Shown: positions 28,797 through 39,712, counted from the first letter of the stretch. The stretch: 64,000 bases of DNA from Patescibacteria group bacterium (GCA_041671565.1 JBAZBH010000005.1:3083-67082), one strand, 5' to 3'. Made by a program: numbers and translations. The notes: a model not told the origin generated them from the sequence alone.

Positions 28797-29693
28797 ATGG
28801 ATTCACCAAAGGCTAATATTGGCGGTTTTACCGGCCGGGAACTGGCTGGCGCTTACTGGTGGGTGACTCACCGCGAGCTGGTTCATAAAGTATTGGTTGG
28901 TTTTTTGATATTTTTGAATGTGATTTTTTGGGGTTACGCGCTTTATGGTTTGACGCGGTATTTTCTGGTTGATTGGAACCGCCGGCAAGCGCTCCTCCGC
29001 GACGCCGGGCGGGATTATGTTAATTATCAGTACTGGCGAGAGCAAAATCAGCCGGCGCCGCTCGCTTTCTCCGGGATTCAAATCTTGCCTTTGGGCGAGG
29101 GCCGTTATGATCTGGCCGTGTCAGTCGCCAACAACAATCCGCTCTGGGCGGTGACCAGCCTGCAGTATAGCTTTGATTTTGCCAACCGGGAAAAGCCGGC
29201 GATCCGGGAAGCCTGGTTTTTGCCGGGCGAGTCAAAGTATTTGGTTGATTTGGGCGTGGCGGCAAAATTTATTCCCAATGATATTAATTTTAAAATTAAC
29301 GCCATCAAGTGGCAGCGGGTCGGGGATATCGCGGCAAAACAAGCCGAAGCTCTTAATTTTGTCATTAGCGACATTAAATTTCAGTCAGCCGATGAGTTGA
29401 AAGCCGGCAAACTGCCAATTAGTAAAACCAGTTTTAAGGTGACCAACAACAGCCCATATAATTATTGGGCGTTTAATTATTATATTTTGCTCTACAGCGG
29501 TTCGCGGCTGGTGGGGATTAACTATCTAACCCATGATTATCTAGATTCCGGCGAGACGGTTGCCCTGGAAGCCAATTGGTTTGGCGCTTTGTCGCGGCCG
29601 GATAAGGTGGAGGTGGTGCCGAATATCAATATCCTCGACAGGTCGGTGTTTCGGCCATTGACGGGGGAGGGGGAGAGCAAGGGCGGGGAGTAA
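28797..29693 (+). CDS. Hypothetical single-TM protein with beta-rich extracellular domains
   Basis: TM near the N-terminus; repeated V.N.S/N.W/Y Ig-like pattern. Confidence 0.7.
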   Translation: MDSPKANIGGFTGRELAGAYWWVTHRELVHKVLVGFLIFLNVIFWGYALYGLTRYFLVDWNRRQALLRDAGRDYVNYQYWREQNQPAPLAFSGIQILPLGEGRYDLAVSVANNNPLWAVTSLQYSFDFANREKPAIREAWFLPGESKYLVDLGVAAKFIPNDINFKINAIKWQRVGDIAAKQAEALNFVISDIKFQSADELKAGKLPISKTSFKVTNNSPYNYWAFNYYILLYSGSRLVGINYLTHDYLDSGETVALEANWFGALSRPDKVEVVPNINILDRSVFRPLTGEGESKGGE

Positions 29694-29875
29694 AGATTTA
29701 GGATTTAAGAAGGTTGATAATCAGCATTTTGACCAGTAATCATGCTCAAAAGTTCAAAATCCAAAGATTCAAAGTTCAAATCAAATCCAAAGGCCAAAAG
29801 CGGCTTCATGGTTAATCTAGAATAACCATTTGATATTTGAACTTGATTTGAACTTTGGGTTTTGAACTTTGTACT
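29691..29875. repeat. AGATTTA arm followed by a GTTCAAA hairpin
   Basis: TAAGATTTAGGATTTAAGAA ... AAAGTTCAAATCAAATCC ... TTGAACTTGATTTGAACTTT. Confidence 0.85.
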
Positions 29876-29942
29876 TCTAACTGAGTCTAATGGTTTAACT
29901 TCCGACTGCTAATTTTATTAGTTACCGAATTTTTCAATTGCT

Positions 29943-31034
29943 ATGAAGCGCTGGTTGTTCAAATTTAGAGGTTTTGATTGGGTGCTTGCTCTGAGCGCCT
30001 TTTTATTAGTTTGTTTTGGTTTAGTCGCTATTTACAGTGTGACGCTGTCCGGCGAGGGAGCGAACTGGGATCTTTTGACCAGGCAATTGGTGGCGGTGGC
30101 GCTCGGCCTGGGGCTGTTTTTTGGCCTGGCGTTTTTTGACTATCAACTGCTGCAGAGCTACGCGCGGTGGCTTTACGGCTTTGGCTTACTGATTTTAACC
30201 GCGGTGCTGATTTTTGGTTCCAGTTTGCGTGGAACCAAGGGCTGGTTTGTAATCGGTGGCTGGAGTTTTCAGCCGGTGGAGGTGGTTAAAATCGTGGTAA
30301 TTATATTTTTAGCGTATTACTTTTCCCGCCAAAGCCGGCCGCTTAATCAATTAAAATATTTTATTATCAGCGGCCTTGGGGTTTTGGCGGCGTTTGCTTT
30401 AACAATCTTACAACCGGATTTCGGCTCGGGTTTGATCCTCTTTTTTCTCTGGCTGGGTGTGGTTTTGGTTATCGGTCCGCGGTGGTGGCACTTAGCGTTA
30501 CTTTTGGTCGCGGGACTAGCGGTTTTTCTACTGGCCTGGAACTTCGCTTTTGCGCCTTACCAAAAAGACCGCATCCGGACATTTCTCGATCCGGCGGCTG
30601 ACCCGCTGGGCGCCGGTTACAATGTCAGCCAGTCAATGATCGCCATTGGCGCCGGCGGTTGGACCGGCCAAGGTTTATCGCTCGGCTCGCAGTCGCAACT
30701 GCGGTTTTTGCCCGAAGCCCAGACCGACTTTGTCTTTGCGGTCATTGCCGAGGAGCTCGGTTTACTCGGCGTGTTACTGCTTCTCGGGCTGTGGTCGCTG
30801 ATTTTTTGGCGGCTATTTGTGATTGCCCGGCGGTGTCATGACGATTTTTCACTTTTTTTAATTTTGGGAATAATCCTTTTGTTTCTCATTCATCTCTTGA
30901 TGAATATCGGCATGAACCTAGGTTTGGCGCCGGTGACTGGCATTACTTTGCCCCTCGTCAGCTACGGCGGCAGTTCGTTGATTTTTATGCTGGGGGCGAT
31001 CGGGATAGCGGAAAGCGTTCGATTAAGGAATTAA
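29943..31034 (+). CDS. rodA: SEDS protein RodA
   Basis: QPVEVVK, YQKDRI.TFLDP..DPLGAGY, LPEAQTDF. Confidence 0.95.
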   Translation: MKRWLFKFRGFDWVLALSAFLLVCFGLVAIYSVTLSGEGANWDLLTRQLVAVALGLGLFFGLAFFDYQLLQSYARWLYGFGLLILTAVLIFGSSLRGTKGWFVIGGWSFQPVEVVKIVVIIFLAYYFSRQSRPLNQLKYFIISGLGVLAAFALTILQPDFGSGLILFFLWLGVVLVIGPRWWHLALLLVAGLAVFLLAWNFAFAPYQKDRIRTFLDPAADPLGAGYNVSQSMIAIGAGGWTGQGLSLGSQSQLRFLPEAQTDFVFAVIAEELGLLGVLLLLGLWSLIFWRLFVIARRCHDDFSLFLILGIILLFLIHLLMNIGMNLGLAPVTGITLPLVSYGGSSLIFMLGAIGIAESVRLRN

Positions 31035-31113
31035 TAATTAAAAATTAATAATTAAGAATTGAAGTCAAAAGTCAAAATTCAAAAGGCAAAAGTACATGTC
31101 AAAAGTAAAAAGT
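31029..31113. repeat. Two abutting heptamer runs (AATTAAn, GTCAAAA)
   Basis: AATTAATAATTAAAAATTAATAATTAAG then GTCAAAAGTCAAAATTCAAAAGGCAAAA. Confidence 0.75.
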
Positions 31114-31171
31114 TTGACTATAGACATTCAAAATACTATAATAGAGTTATAAATATTAGCCAGATCAATAT

Positions 31172-31522
31172 ATGTTACCAAATAATTCGCCGCGGAAGGG
31201 GGCATCGTTTTTTGACGAAAGCCTGAAACTGGTTTCTTATTGTCCGCTCTGCGAAAAAAATTATAATATCCTGGAAGCGCGCGTTTTGGAGGAAAAAGAC
31301 AGTACTAGCCTGATTTATCTCCGTTGCCGGCACTGCGGCAGTTCGATTTTGGCTTTGGTGATGCACCACCCCTTAGGCATCAGCTCGGTTGGGCTGGTGA
31401 CCGACCTTAGCCCGGAAGAAGTGCTGAAATATCGAATTGAGGCTGACTTTACCGAGGATAATGTCCTGGAAATGCACCAGCTCTTGCAAAAAACTGGGAG
31501 TGTGATAGAATTATTAAGCTAA
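31172..31522 (+). CDS. Hypothetical zinc-ribbon protein
   Basis: CPLC...CRHC, VGLVTDL. Confidence 0.75.
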   Translation: MLPNNSPRKGASFFDESLKLVSYCPLCEKNYNILEARVLEEKDSTSLIYLRCRHCGSSILALVMHHPLGISSVGLVTDLSPEEVLKYRIEADFTEDNVLEMHQLLQKTGSVIELLS

Positions 31523-31582
31523 ATTAACAATACACAAGAAGATTGATAAAATCTTTTTTGTTTATCTAAAAATACAGGAAAT

Positions 31583-32272
31583 ATGGCTAATTTATTGCTC
31601 AAAGCCACGGTTCGCGAGGCAACCGGCCGCGGCGTAGAAAAACTCCGAGAAAACAACTTATTGCCGGCGGTGCTTTACGGTCGGGAGCTGACTAACCAGA
31701 ATTTGGCGGTTAATTACCGTGATTTTGCCAAAGTTTTTCAAACTGCCGGAGAAAGCGCGATTGTTGACCTGCAAATTGGCGAGGCGCCAGCCGTGCCGGT
31801 GCTGATTCAGGATGTGCAGTATCATCCGCTCCGCCAGCAAGCGATTCACGCTGATTTTTATCAGGTGAGAATGGACGAGAAATTGACTGCCAACATTCCC
31901 TTGACACTGGTCGGCGAAGCGCCGGCGGTCAAAGAACAAGGCGCGATTTTCTTCACCAGCTTGGAAACGATCGAAGTTAAATGTTTGCCGGCCGATTTGC
32001 CGAAAGAAGTAGTGGTTGATTTGTCCAGCCTCAAAAATTTTGGCGACCGGATTTTGGTTAAAGATTTACCGCTTGGCGATAAAGTGGAAGTTTTGTCCGG
32101 CGCGGAACTGACTGTGGTGTCAGTTGCCGAACCGCGAGCCGAAGAAGTGGAAGTGAAGGTAGAAGCTCCAGTGGTTGAGGGCGCAGCTCCGGTTGAAGGC
32201 GCTGAAGGTGGCGCGGCCCCAGTAGCGGGCGCGGAGGCGGCCGGTAAAGAAGGCAAAGCGGCCAAAAAATAA
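31583..32272 (+). CDS. rplY: 50S ribosomal protein L25/Ctc
   Basis: PAVLYG, QYHP...HADF, GEAPAVK. Confidence 0.95.
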   Translation: MANLLLKATVREATGRGVEKLRENNLLPAVLYGRELTNQNLAVNYRDFAKVFQTAGESAIVDLQIGEAPAVPVLIQDVQYHPLRQQAIHADFYQVRMDEKLTANIPLTLVGEAPAVKEQGAIFFTSLETIEVKCLPADLPKEVVVDLSSLKNFGDRILVKDLPLGDKVEVLSGAELTVVSVAEPRAEEVEVKVEAPVVEGAAPVEGAEGGAAPVAGAEAAGKEGKAAKK

Positions 32273-32274
32273 AT

Positions 32275-32449
32275 GAGATGGTTACAAAACTATTTCGACT
32301 GCAATTTTAGCTTTTTGGCTACGGCTTCGTCAGACTTCGCAAAATGCCTCTTACCGTAGCCCCGCTACGGTTTCGAGCCATTTTGCTCGTCTTCCTCGCC
32401 TCGCCTAAAAACCTAAAATTTCGTTACGAAATAGTTTTGTAACCATCTC
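32275..32449. mobile_element. MITE-like long hairpin (175 bp)
   Basis: Perfect 23-bp TIR GAGATGGTTACAAAACTATTTCG; AAT on both flanks (possible TSD). Confidence 0.8.
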
Positions 32450-32466
32450 AATTTCAACTGTTTATC

Positions 32467-33534
32467 ATGAGAATTGATAAAAAGTCTAAAACCAAAGCTG
32501 GTTATAAAAAAATCTTGTTTTTATTATTGCCGGTCGCGCTAGTCGCGGCCGGTTTTGGTTTGTTTTGGTTTAATGTCCAGCCGGCCGTGGCGCCGGTTGA
32601 TTTTAACCTCAATCAGGCGTCAGTAGTGGTTTGCCCGGCAATCAGGGTTTTGGACGGGCAGTGCGTAGAGGTGGGGCAAGAGAATCTGTTGCCGGTCGCG
32701 CTGATGATTGAAAACCAGGTGGAAGCCCGGCCACAGGCGGGCCTAAGCCAGGCGCAGTTGGTTTATGAAGCGGTGACTGAGGGCGGTATTCCGCGGTTTA
32801 TGGCCGTGTCTGCCAGTAATCAAGAGATCCCTAAAATCGGGCCGGTCCGTTCGGCGCGGCCGTATTTTGTGGAGTGGGCCGGGGAATTGGGCGGTCTTTA
32901 TCTTCATTGCGGCGGCAGTCCGGCGGCGCTTCAGAAACTGGACGGCAACACCGAGCTGACTGATATTAACGAGTTTTATCAGGGCGAATATTTTTGGCGC
33001 GACGGCGGCCGAGCGGCGCCGCATAATATCTATACCTCCAGCGAGTTGATTGTTGAACTAAAAACTACCAGCGATCTATCACTTAGCGGCGATTATGATA
33101 GCTGGCAGTTTGTTGATGAGGCGACTATAACGGACCGCGTGGTCACGACGACTTATCTGAGTTTTAACTATTCGTCTTATAACGCCTATTTTACCGAGTG
33201 GTTTTATAATCCAGCCGACAACCTCTATTACCGCGAACAAGCCGGCGAGCCGCACCGCGATGCCGACGGCACACAGATTACGGCTAAAAATGTAGTGGTC
33301 CAATTTATCCCGGCGAAAACTCTGGACGGCATCGGCCGGCAAGAAATTAAAACCGTGGGCGAGGGGAAGGCGATAATTTTAAAAAACGGGGAAAAGATTG
33401 AAGGGACTTGGGAAAAAGGCGGACTCCGGAGCCGGACCAAGTTTTATGACGGGGCGGGCGTGGAAATCCAGTTTAACCGGGGAACGACTTGGATTGAGGT
33501 GATACCGGCGGGACGGGAAATAGTGATAAAATAA
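32467..33534 (+). CDS. DUF3048 (YerB-like) protein
   Basis: MIEN...ARPQAGL, EGGIPRF, IGPVRSAR, APHN. Confidence 0.9.
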   Translation: MRIDKKSKTKAGYKKILFLLLPVALVAAGFGLFWFNVQPAVAPVDFNLNQASVVVCPAIRVLDGQCVEVGQENLLPVALMIENQVEARPQAGLSQAQLVYEAVTEGGIPRFMAVSASNQEIPKIGPVRSARPYFVEWAGELGGLYLHCGGSPAALQKLDGNTELTDINEFYQGEYFWRDGGRAAPHNIYTSSELIVELKTTSDLSLSGDYDSWQFVDEATITDRVVTTTYLSFNYSSYNAYFTEWFYNPADNLYYREQAGEPHRDADGTQITAKNVVVQFIPAKTLDGIGRQEIKTVGEGKAIILKNGEKIEGTWEKGGLRSRTKFYDGAGVEIQFNRGTTWIEVIPAGREIVIK

Positions 33535-33548
33535 AATTAAGATTTTAA

Positions 33549-33689
33549 CAATTTTTAATTTAAAATTTCTAATTTTTAATCAATTTTTAAGGCTTAATTT
33601 TTAATTTTAAATCTAACGCCGGATTACCGGCGTTTTAAAATTAGAAATTAATAATTCATTAAAAATTTTAAATTAAAAATTAAAAATTG
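33549..33689. repeat. AT-rich heptamer (AATTTTT) hairpin with the loop palindrome AACGCCGG-ATTA-CCGGCGTT
   Basis: Sibling at 56491-56631. Confidence 0.85.
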
Positions 33690-33751
33690 CCCAAAGGCTT
33701 AGTTTTATCGTAATGGGTATCACTACCTTTGTCGATTATTAGATTTTTTAG

Positions 33752-34600
33752 TTAAGACCTTTTATTTTTTGTCAGAATTATCACCCGATCTCGGCCGGCG
33801 AGGTCGGTTTTTATTTTTAGCCGGTACGCGGGCAGGTGTTTTTGGGCGAGGAGTTTTAAGGCCGGGGCTTGGTCGCAGCCGATTTCCAGGAAAATCAGGC
33901 GGGGTTTTTGCCGGCGGGCGGCGAGTTGGCTGAAGAGTTGGCGAAAGAGTTTTAACCCGTCTGGCCCGCCGAGCAGGGCTTGCCGCGGCTCGGCTTGAAT
34001 GGACGGCTCGTTTTTGACTTCAGCGGCGGTTAGATAGGGCAGATTAGCAATTAAAATATCCAGTTTAATATTCTTTAACGGTTCCAGCAAGTTGCCCTGT
34101 TTAAACTTAATCTGGCCTTTGACGCCGTGGAGGCGGGCGTTTTTTTCGGCAACTTTTAGGGCAGGGCGGGAAATGTCAGTAGCATAGATTTTGGCTTGGG
34201 GCAGGTGTTTAGCAAGGGTGACGGCGATACAGCCGGAGCCGGTGGCAATATCGCCGATAGCCGATAGCCGATAGCTCTTAGCAATTCTTAAAACCTCATC
34301 AATTAATAATTCGGTGTCGGGGCGGGGGATAAGGGTGTTTTTATTGACTAGGAAATTTAGACCGTAAAACTCTTGCTGGCCGGTTAAATAAGCGACGGGC
34401 ACGCCTTTTAAACGGCGAGTAACTAGTAACTGGTAAGCGGTAACTAAGGATTGGTTAACTTTATATTCCGGATGGCTATACAAAAATTCCCGCGGTTTTT
34501 TTAAAACGAGGGAAAGGAGGATTTCGGCGTCCAAGGCTGGTGAAGATGAATAACGGTTTAGCCGTTTGGTGGTGATAGTTAAGAGTTGGCGAAGGTTCAT
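33752..34600 (-). CDS. prmC: Release factor glutamine methyltransferase
   Basis: LIPRPDTE, DIATGSG, NLPY; follows prfA. Confidence 0.95.
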   Translation of the reverse strand: MNLRQLLTITTKRLNRYSSSPALDAEILLSLVLKKPREFLYSHPEYKVNQSLVTAYQLLVTRRLKGVPVAYLTGQQEFYGLNFLVNKNTLIPRPDTELLIDEVLRIAKSYRLSAIGDIATGSGCIAVTLAKHLPQAKIYATDISRPALKVAEKNARLHGVKGQIKFKQGNLLEPLKNIKLDILIANLPYLTAAEVKNEPSIQAEPRQALLGGPDGLKLFRQLFSQLAARRQKPRLIFLEIGCDQAPALKLLAQKHLPAYRLKIKTDLAGRDRVIILTKNKRS

Positions 34601-34605
34601 AAAAT

Positions 34606-34780
34606 AAGCTCAAAAGTCAAAAGTCAAAGCTCAAAACCACAACGCAAAAGGCAAAACTACAGTTCTTAACCCCTTATTCAAAAGATTTACTTATCCTCTT
34701 CTAATACCTTTGGTATCAAGTACGGAGAAGATTAAGTTTTGAGTTTTGAGCTGTGGTTTTGACTTTTGAGCTTTGAGTTT
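34606..34780. repeat. Heptamer (TCAAAAG) hairpin filling the prfA-prmC gap
   Basis: AAGCTCAAAAGTCAAAAGTCAAAGCTCAAAACCAC ... GTGGTTTTGACTTTTGAGCTTTGAG. Confidence 0.9.
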
Positions 34781-35823
34781 TAAGTTTGTTTCCGGCTGGC
34801 TTCTTTCAACGCCGCGACGACTTCTTCAATCTCGCCATTCATGATCCGGTCAATGCCAAACCAGCTTTGTTTGATGCGGTGATCGGTCAGGCGGTCCTGG
34901 GGGAAGTTATAAGTGCGGATTTTCTCGCTGCGGTCGCCGGAGCCGACTTGATTTTTGCGGAGATCCGCCTCTTCTTTTTGGCGTTTTTCTTCCTCGGCTT
35001 CAAGGAGGCGCGAGCGCAGGACTTTCATCGCTTTCTCGCGGTTCTGCAGTTGGCTCCGTTCGTCTTGGCAGGAAACCACCACGCCGGTGGGCAAGTGGGT
35101 GATGCGGACGGCCGAATAAGTGGTGTTGACCGATTGACCACCATGGCCGCCGGCGCAAAAAGTGTCGATCCGCAGGTCTTTGGGGTTGATGGCGATGTCG
35201 ATTTCTTCCGCCTGAGGCAAAACCGCGACCGTGGCCGCCGAAGTATGGATCCGGCCGGCTTTCTCGGTTTCCGGTACCCGTTGGACGCGGTGGGTACCGC
35301 TTTCAAACTTCAGCTCGCCATAAACCCCCGGGCCGTTGATTTCACAGATCATTTCTTTGTAGCCGCCAATCTCGGTGCGGTTAGCCTCAATCACCTTGAC
35401 CTGCCAGCCGCGCTTTTCGGCGTAGCGGGAATACATCCGGAAAAGGTCAGCGGCAAAAAGCGCTGATTCGTCGCCGCCGGTGCCGCCGCGAATTTCCAAA
35501 ATAATGCTTTTCTGGTCGCGCGGGTTGGCCGGGTGCAAGAGGTCGTCGATTTCTTTTTCCAGCTTTTCTTTTTGGCCGCGCAATTCAAAAAGATCCACCT
35601 CGGCCAGTTCTTTCAGGTCCGGGTCGTTGTCGCGGAGCGTCAGCTCGCTTTCGCCGATTTGCCGGTCCACGGTTTCCAGTTGGCGGACCCGGTCCATGAT
35701 TTCCTTGGCGGCGGCGTATTTTTGCGACAGGCTTTTCAATTTTTGCGGGTCAGAACCGAGGCTCGGGTCTTGGAGATCGCGCTCCATGGCGAGAAAGTCG
35801 GATTTGAGTTGGGGGATATTCAT
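34780..35823 (-). CDS. prfA: Peptide chain release factor 1
   Basis: VQRVPET (PxT motif), GGQ, RTYNFPQ. Confidence 0.97.
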   Translation of the reverse strand: MNIPQLKSDFLAMERDLQDPSLGSDPQKLKSLSQKYAAAKEIMDRVRQLETVDRQIGESELTLRDNDPDLKELAEVDLFELRGQKEKLEKEIDDLLHPANPRDQKSIILEIRGGTGGDESALFAADLFRMYSRYAEKRGWQVKVIEANRTEIGGYKEMICEINGPGVYGELKFESGTHRVQRVPETEKAGRIHTSAATVAVLPQAEEIDIAINPKDLRIDTFCAGGHGGQSVNTTYSAVRITHLPTGVVVSCQDERSQLQNREKAMKVLRSRLLEAEEEKRQKEEADLRKNQVGSGDRSEKIRTYNFPQDRLTDHRIKQSWFGIDRIMNGEIEEVVAALKEASRKQT

Positions 35824-35829
35824 AAAGGA

Positions 35830-36028
35830 GATTTAAGATTTAAGATTTAGGATTTAAGAAGGCCGGTAGATTAGCATCCTACAATATAACTTGGTTAAAA
35901 TCACATAACACATAACATGGAACAAGGGTGGTTATAGGTCTCTTGTTATATGTTCCATGTTATGTGATATCTTGGTTATTAGTCTTAACACCAATTACCG
36001 ACATTCTTAAGTCTTAAATCCTAAATCT
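35830..36028. repeat. Nested heptamer hairpins (outer AGATTTA, inner CATAACA)
   Basis: The inner element is a near copy of 3058-3131. Confidence 0.9.
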
Positions 36029-36093
36029 TTCAACAAAAAACCCCATTCCACTATAGCAAAAATTTGCCAAAAAAGGAATGGGATTTGGAGTAG

Positions 36094-36423
36094 TTACTTA
36101 GATTTTTTGGCTGGTTTAGCCGGAGTTTCTTTCTGGACGGATTTTTCCGCGGCGGCGATTTTCGCGGCGGCGCGTTTGGCCTGTTTAACCTTTTTATCGG
36201 TGCGGCCAGAGGCGGCGGTAGCGGATTTCACCAACCGTTGTTTGAATTTATCAACTCGGCGGGCGGTGTCAACCAGTTTCTGATTGCCGGTGTAGAACGG
36301 GTGGCACGCCGAACAAAGCTCGGTGTGGATTTCCGGCACGGTGGAGCCAATAGTAAAGCTGTTGCCGCAAACACAGGTAACCTTGGCTTCGGGGTAGTAT
36401 TTAGGATGGAGGTCTTTTTTCAT
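36094..36423 (-). CDS. rpmE: 50S ribosomal protein L31 (Zn-binding type) with a long basic tail
   Basis: [23 protein letters not shown]. Confidence 0.97.
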   Translation of the reverse strand: MKKDLHPKYYPEAKVTCVCGNSFTIGSTVPEIHTELCSACHPFYTGNQKLVDTARRVDKFKQRLVKSATAASGRTDKKVKQAKRAAAKIAAAEKSVQKETPAKPAKKSK

Positions 36424-36582
36424 AAAAATAGGATGTTAGGAGGTTAAGTAGTTAGGAGGTTAGGTAGAGTTTAAAAGTGAAAGCAGTATAACATAGGAAA
36501 GGAGATAAAGCAAGAGATGGGTATTTAGGGCTAGCCAAACGCGCGGTTTTAAGCTAGAATAGCTCAAGTAAATACCAAAACT

Positions 36583-37530
36583 ATGGTTAGAGACGGTTAT
36601 CAATTACGGATTAAAGAATTACAAAATAAATTACCATTTTTGGCGGGCGAAAATTTTAGCGTGGCTCCGACTGGCACTCATTTTAAGGTATTTTTATCAA
36701 AAGATTATGTTGTTCGTTTTCGTGACGATCAGCCGGAATTGTTGGCTCGCGAAGCTAATTTTTTACAATCATGCCATCAGCCGTTGATCCCGTCGGTTAT
36801 ATGGGTTGGCTTAGTGGCCGGTCAAGCGGCCATGGTGGAACGCCGGTTAGCCGGGTCAACCATTAATAGCGTTTGGCAGACCTTGCTGGTAGAAAATAAG
36901 GAAATCATTATTGATGATGTTGTGAGATTTTTACAATTTTTGCGGCAACAGACGCATAAGGCGGTCTATTCGGTGGTTACCGGCCAGAATTATTCTAATT
37001 TTTTGGCCTATTTAAACGAGACACGGGTAAAGAATATAGAAAAAATCAACCCAGTAATCAAAACTTATCCCGCGCTTAAAGCATTAATCGTTGCGGCTGA
37101 TGCCGGTTTTTGGCCGATGTCTGATGTCAGCCAGGAAAAGATAACTTTAGTTCACGGTGATTTGATTATTCATAATTTGCTAACCGATGGGCAACATTTG
37201 ACCGGCGTTTTGGATTGGGAGTCGGCGTTTTGGGGCGATCCCGATTATGATCTTTGTCGGCTTTGGTATTATCAAGAGTGCGCTCGGGCATATCAAGAGC
37301 AGGGTTTAGACGACACTTTTGAAGCCGATTATTTAGATCGCTTAATCGCGGCAGTTACCACTTCCGGCTTAATAGCTGATCAAGAAATTTTTAGGCAAAA
37401 ATATCAATTTATTCGGACCATCTTTTATCTCTCCGCTGTGGCTTGGGCGGTTTCTTCAGCTGATCCGGATAAAAATATCCAGGAATTGCTGGAATTATGG
37501 TATAAAAAAAACGGAGCTACCTCGCGGTAG
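36583..37530 (+). CDS. APH-family phosphotransferase
   Basis: HGDLIIHN, LDWE, GDPDYDL. Confidence 0.85.
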   Translation: MVRDGYQLRIKELQNKLPFLAGENFSVAPTGTHFKVFLSKDYVVRFRDDQPELLAREANFLQSCHQPLIPSVIWVGLVAGQAAMVERRLAGSTINSVWQTLLVENKEIIIDDVVRFLQFLRQQTHKAVYSVVTGQNYSNFLAYLNETRVKNIEKINPVIKTYPALKALIVAADAGFWPMSDVSQEKITLVHGDLIIHNLLTDGQHLTGVLDWESAFWGDPDYDLCRLWYYQECARAYQEQGLDDTFEADYLDRLIAAVTTSGLIADQEIFRQKYQFIRTIFYLSAVAWAVSSADPDKNIQELLELWYKKNGATSR

Positions 37531-37585
37531 AATAGCTGGAGTAAATGCCTAAATTTACGAAATATTTTATTTAATATAAAATTTT

Positions 37586-37984
37586 ATGAAGAAAAGAAAA
37601 TTAGTAATTTGCGCCAGCGCTTCATTAGAAAATAGTATTATTGAATGGAGGGATAAATTGGAAGAGGCGGGTTTTGAGGTAATTAAATATCCGGTGAAAA
37701 TTAAAGATAATTTTCTGGTTAGTTACAAAAAGGAGTTTTCTGATCATTATGCTGCTATTTCTAAGGCAGATATACTTTTAGTGCTAAATTTAGAAAAAAA
37801 AGGTGTGCCAGGATATATAGGGTCGGGAGTATTTGCCGAGATGGCTTTTGCTATCGGCTTAAATAGAGCTTTAGGCAAAAAAATAAAAGTTTGTTATTTG
37901 AATCCGATTCCCAAAAATTTGCCTTATTCTGATGAATTAAAATTATGGCAGGAATCGGGATGGATAAAATTGTTTAGCCAGTAA
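37586..37984 (+). CDS. Nucleoside 2-deoxyribosyltransferase-like protein
   Basis: ISKADILLVLN...GYIG...EMAFA pattern. Confidence 0.6.
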   Translation: MKKRKLVICASASLENSIIEWRDKLEEAGFEVIKYPVKIKDNFLVSYKKEFSDHYAAISKADILLVLNLEKKGVPGYIGSGVFAEMAFAIGLNRALGKKIKVCYLNPIPKNLPYSDELKLWQESGWIKLFSQ

Positions 37985-38040
37985 AATATATAATTTTAAA
38001 AAAATAACTACCCCGTAGCTTACCGCGAGGTAGTTTGTCT

Positions 38041-38068
38041 AAAAGCCGTCTTTTTGTACGGCTTTTTG
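38041..38068. terminator. Bidirectional terminator
   Basis: AAAAGCCGT-CTTTTTGT-ACGGCTTTT. Confidence 0.75.
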
Positions 38069-38080
38069 ATTAAGTTAGGC

Positions 38081-39370
38081 TTAAGGCCAGCGATCGACTA
38101 TAAATTTGAGGAGTTCTTGATAGGCAAGCTCCATCTGTTGGAAGTCTTCTTTGTTGCCCCACCAATGATGATTGTTGTGATAGATATGGAACTTCCACCA
38201 GTCCGAAATGTGCTTAGGGATGTTTAGGTTGAAGAGGTCGGCGTTCCTAAACACATATGATCCCGGCAGGGGCACGAAACGGAAAAGAGAAACTCTATCA
38301 ACCATAGGCCCAATATCCTTTAATAAGGAAATCGTCTCTTGCGTACTGGCAAGATTTTCCCCTGGGAATCCGTGAATAAGGAAGATTTTAACCTGAATGC
38401 CGACCGAGGTCGCTAGCGTGATTGCTTGCCTGATTTGGTTACTGGAGATATTTTTACCCATAGCCTTGAGCATTCTCTCACTTCCGGATTCAACACCAAA
38501 TTTAAGTTCTACGCATCCAGCACCATGCATAGTCTCAAGTAGTTCGTAATCAACCGTGTCGACACGGGAGAGGGCGGACCAACGCAATCCAAGATTGCCA
38601 ATAGATTCGCAGACATTTCTGACCATGTTTTTGTTAACGACAAAATTGTCGTCGACGATTGCAAAACCGCCGATATTGTACTTATGCTTTAGATGCTCCA
38701 ATTCCACTCTAATATTATTGCCAGAACGGTACTGGATTCTTTTCTGCATGACCGCACAGAAATGGCAGGAAAATGGGCAACCTCGGCTCAACATGATATG
38801 CGTCATGCGGATGTCTGTTTTTGCCAGGCGATTACTCATAATAAAGTCTGATTTATTGAGTAAGTGTCTGGCGGGCATAGGGAGCCAGTCGATAGAATCC
38901 TCGACGATCCGCTTTGGGGTGATTATAATAGACTGTGCTTTTAGACAGCATACCCCGCTGATTTGGGAAAAGTCCTTAGTTATATGTGCCTGGACGATTT
39001 CCAAAAAAGTCCTTTCGCCACTTCCAATTGCGACTACATCTGCTCGGAAGTCAACAATGGTCTCTTCGGGATAAAAGCTTGGATGAATGCCGCCTACTGC
39101 GATTGTCGGATTGCCTGAATAAAGGCTCTTGAAACGAGCTTCTTTGACGATTCCGTATGTTGCCGAAGACGGTACGCTAAAGCCAACTACATCGTAGTCG
39201 CGGAAGTCGCATTGCGTGTTATCTTGGCTGACTTTAATAAGATCGACCTTGAAGTGGTTTTCCTCAAGAAAAGCAGCAAGATAGAGCACTCCGAATGGCG
39301 GAAACTCTTTTCGCTTTTCTTTAAAACGCGCAAGATCATAAACCTCAGGATACACCAGAGCAACTTTCAT
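38081..39370 (-). CDS. B12-binding-domain radical SAM protein
   Basis: PPFGVLYLA, GGIHPS, SRGCPFSCHFC, GVESGS. Confidence 0.9.
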   Translation of the reverse strand: MKVALVYPEVYDLARFKEKRKEFPPFGVLYLAAFLEENHFKVDLIKVSQDNTQCDFRDYDVVGFSVPSSATYGIVKEARFKSLYSGNPTIAVGGIHPSFYPEETIVDFRADVVAIGSGERTFLEIVQAHITKDFSQISGVCCLKAQSIIITPKRIVEDSIDWLPMPARHLLNKSDFIMSNRLAKTDIRMTHIMLSRGCPFSCHFCAVMQKRIQYRSGNNIRVELEHLKHKYNIGGFAIVDDNFVVNKNMVRNVCESIGNLGLRWSALSRVDTVDYELLETMHGAGCVELKFGVESGSERMLKAMGKNISSNQIRQAITLATSVGIQVKIFLIHGFPGENLASTQETISLLKDIGPMVDRVSLFRFVPLPGSYVFRNADLFNLNIPKHISDWWKFHIYHNNHHWWGNKEDFQQMELAYQELLKFIVDRWP

Positions 39371-39683
39371 GGTATTTCCCTTTCTCTGTTAGGTGTGTGT
39401 GGGAGTAAAACCGCAAGCATTTAATCAAAAGCTAAATTTTCAGAAGCTTTAATAACTTTAACTACTGCCGTTAATAGCGATTTTTGCCGTAAAATGGTTT
39501 TAATCTCGATCTTAGTCTTTGTAATTATTTTTTTTGGTTACATCAAGTAAATCGAGATCTTCTAAAAAAGTTTCGCAAATTGTCAAAGTGCCAGCTCATC
39601 AAGAAATTTTTTTGGTTGGCGAGTTGGTTTTAGTTAATTATTCACCCATGTTTAAATTTAACCTATGGCCGAATAATCATCTG

Positions 39684-39712
39684 AATATACCTCCATGGTC
39701 AATAATTGTCAA
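39684..39712 (-). promoter_or_regulatory. Putative promoter of the radical SAM gene
   Basis: TTGACA-17-TATATT on the minus strand. Confidence 0.5.
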
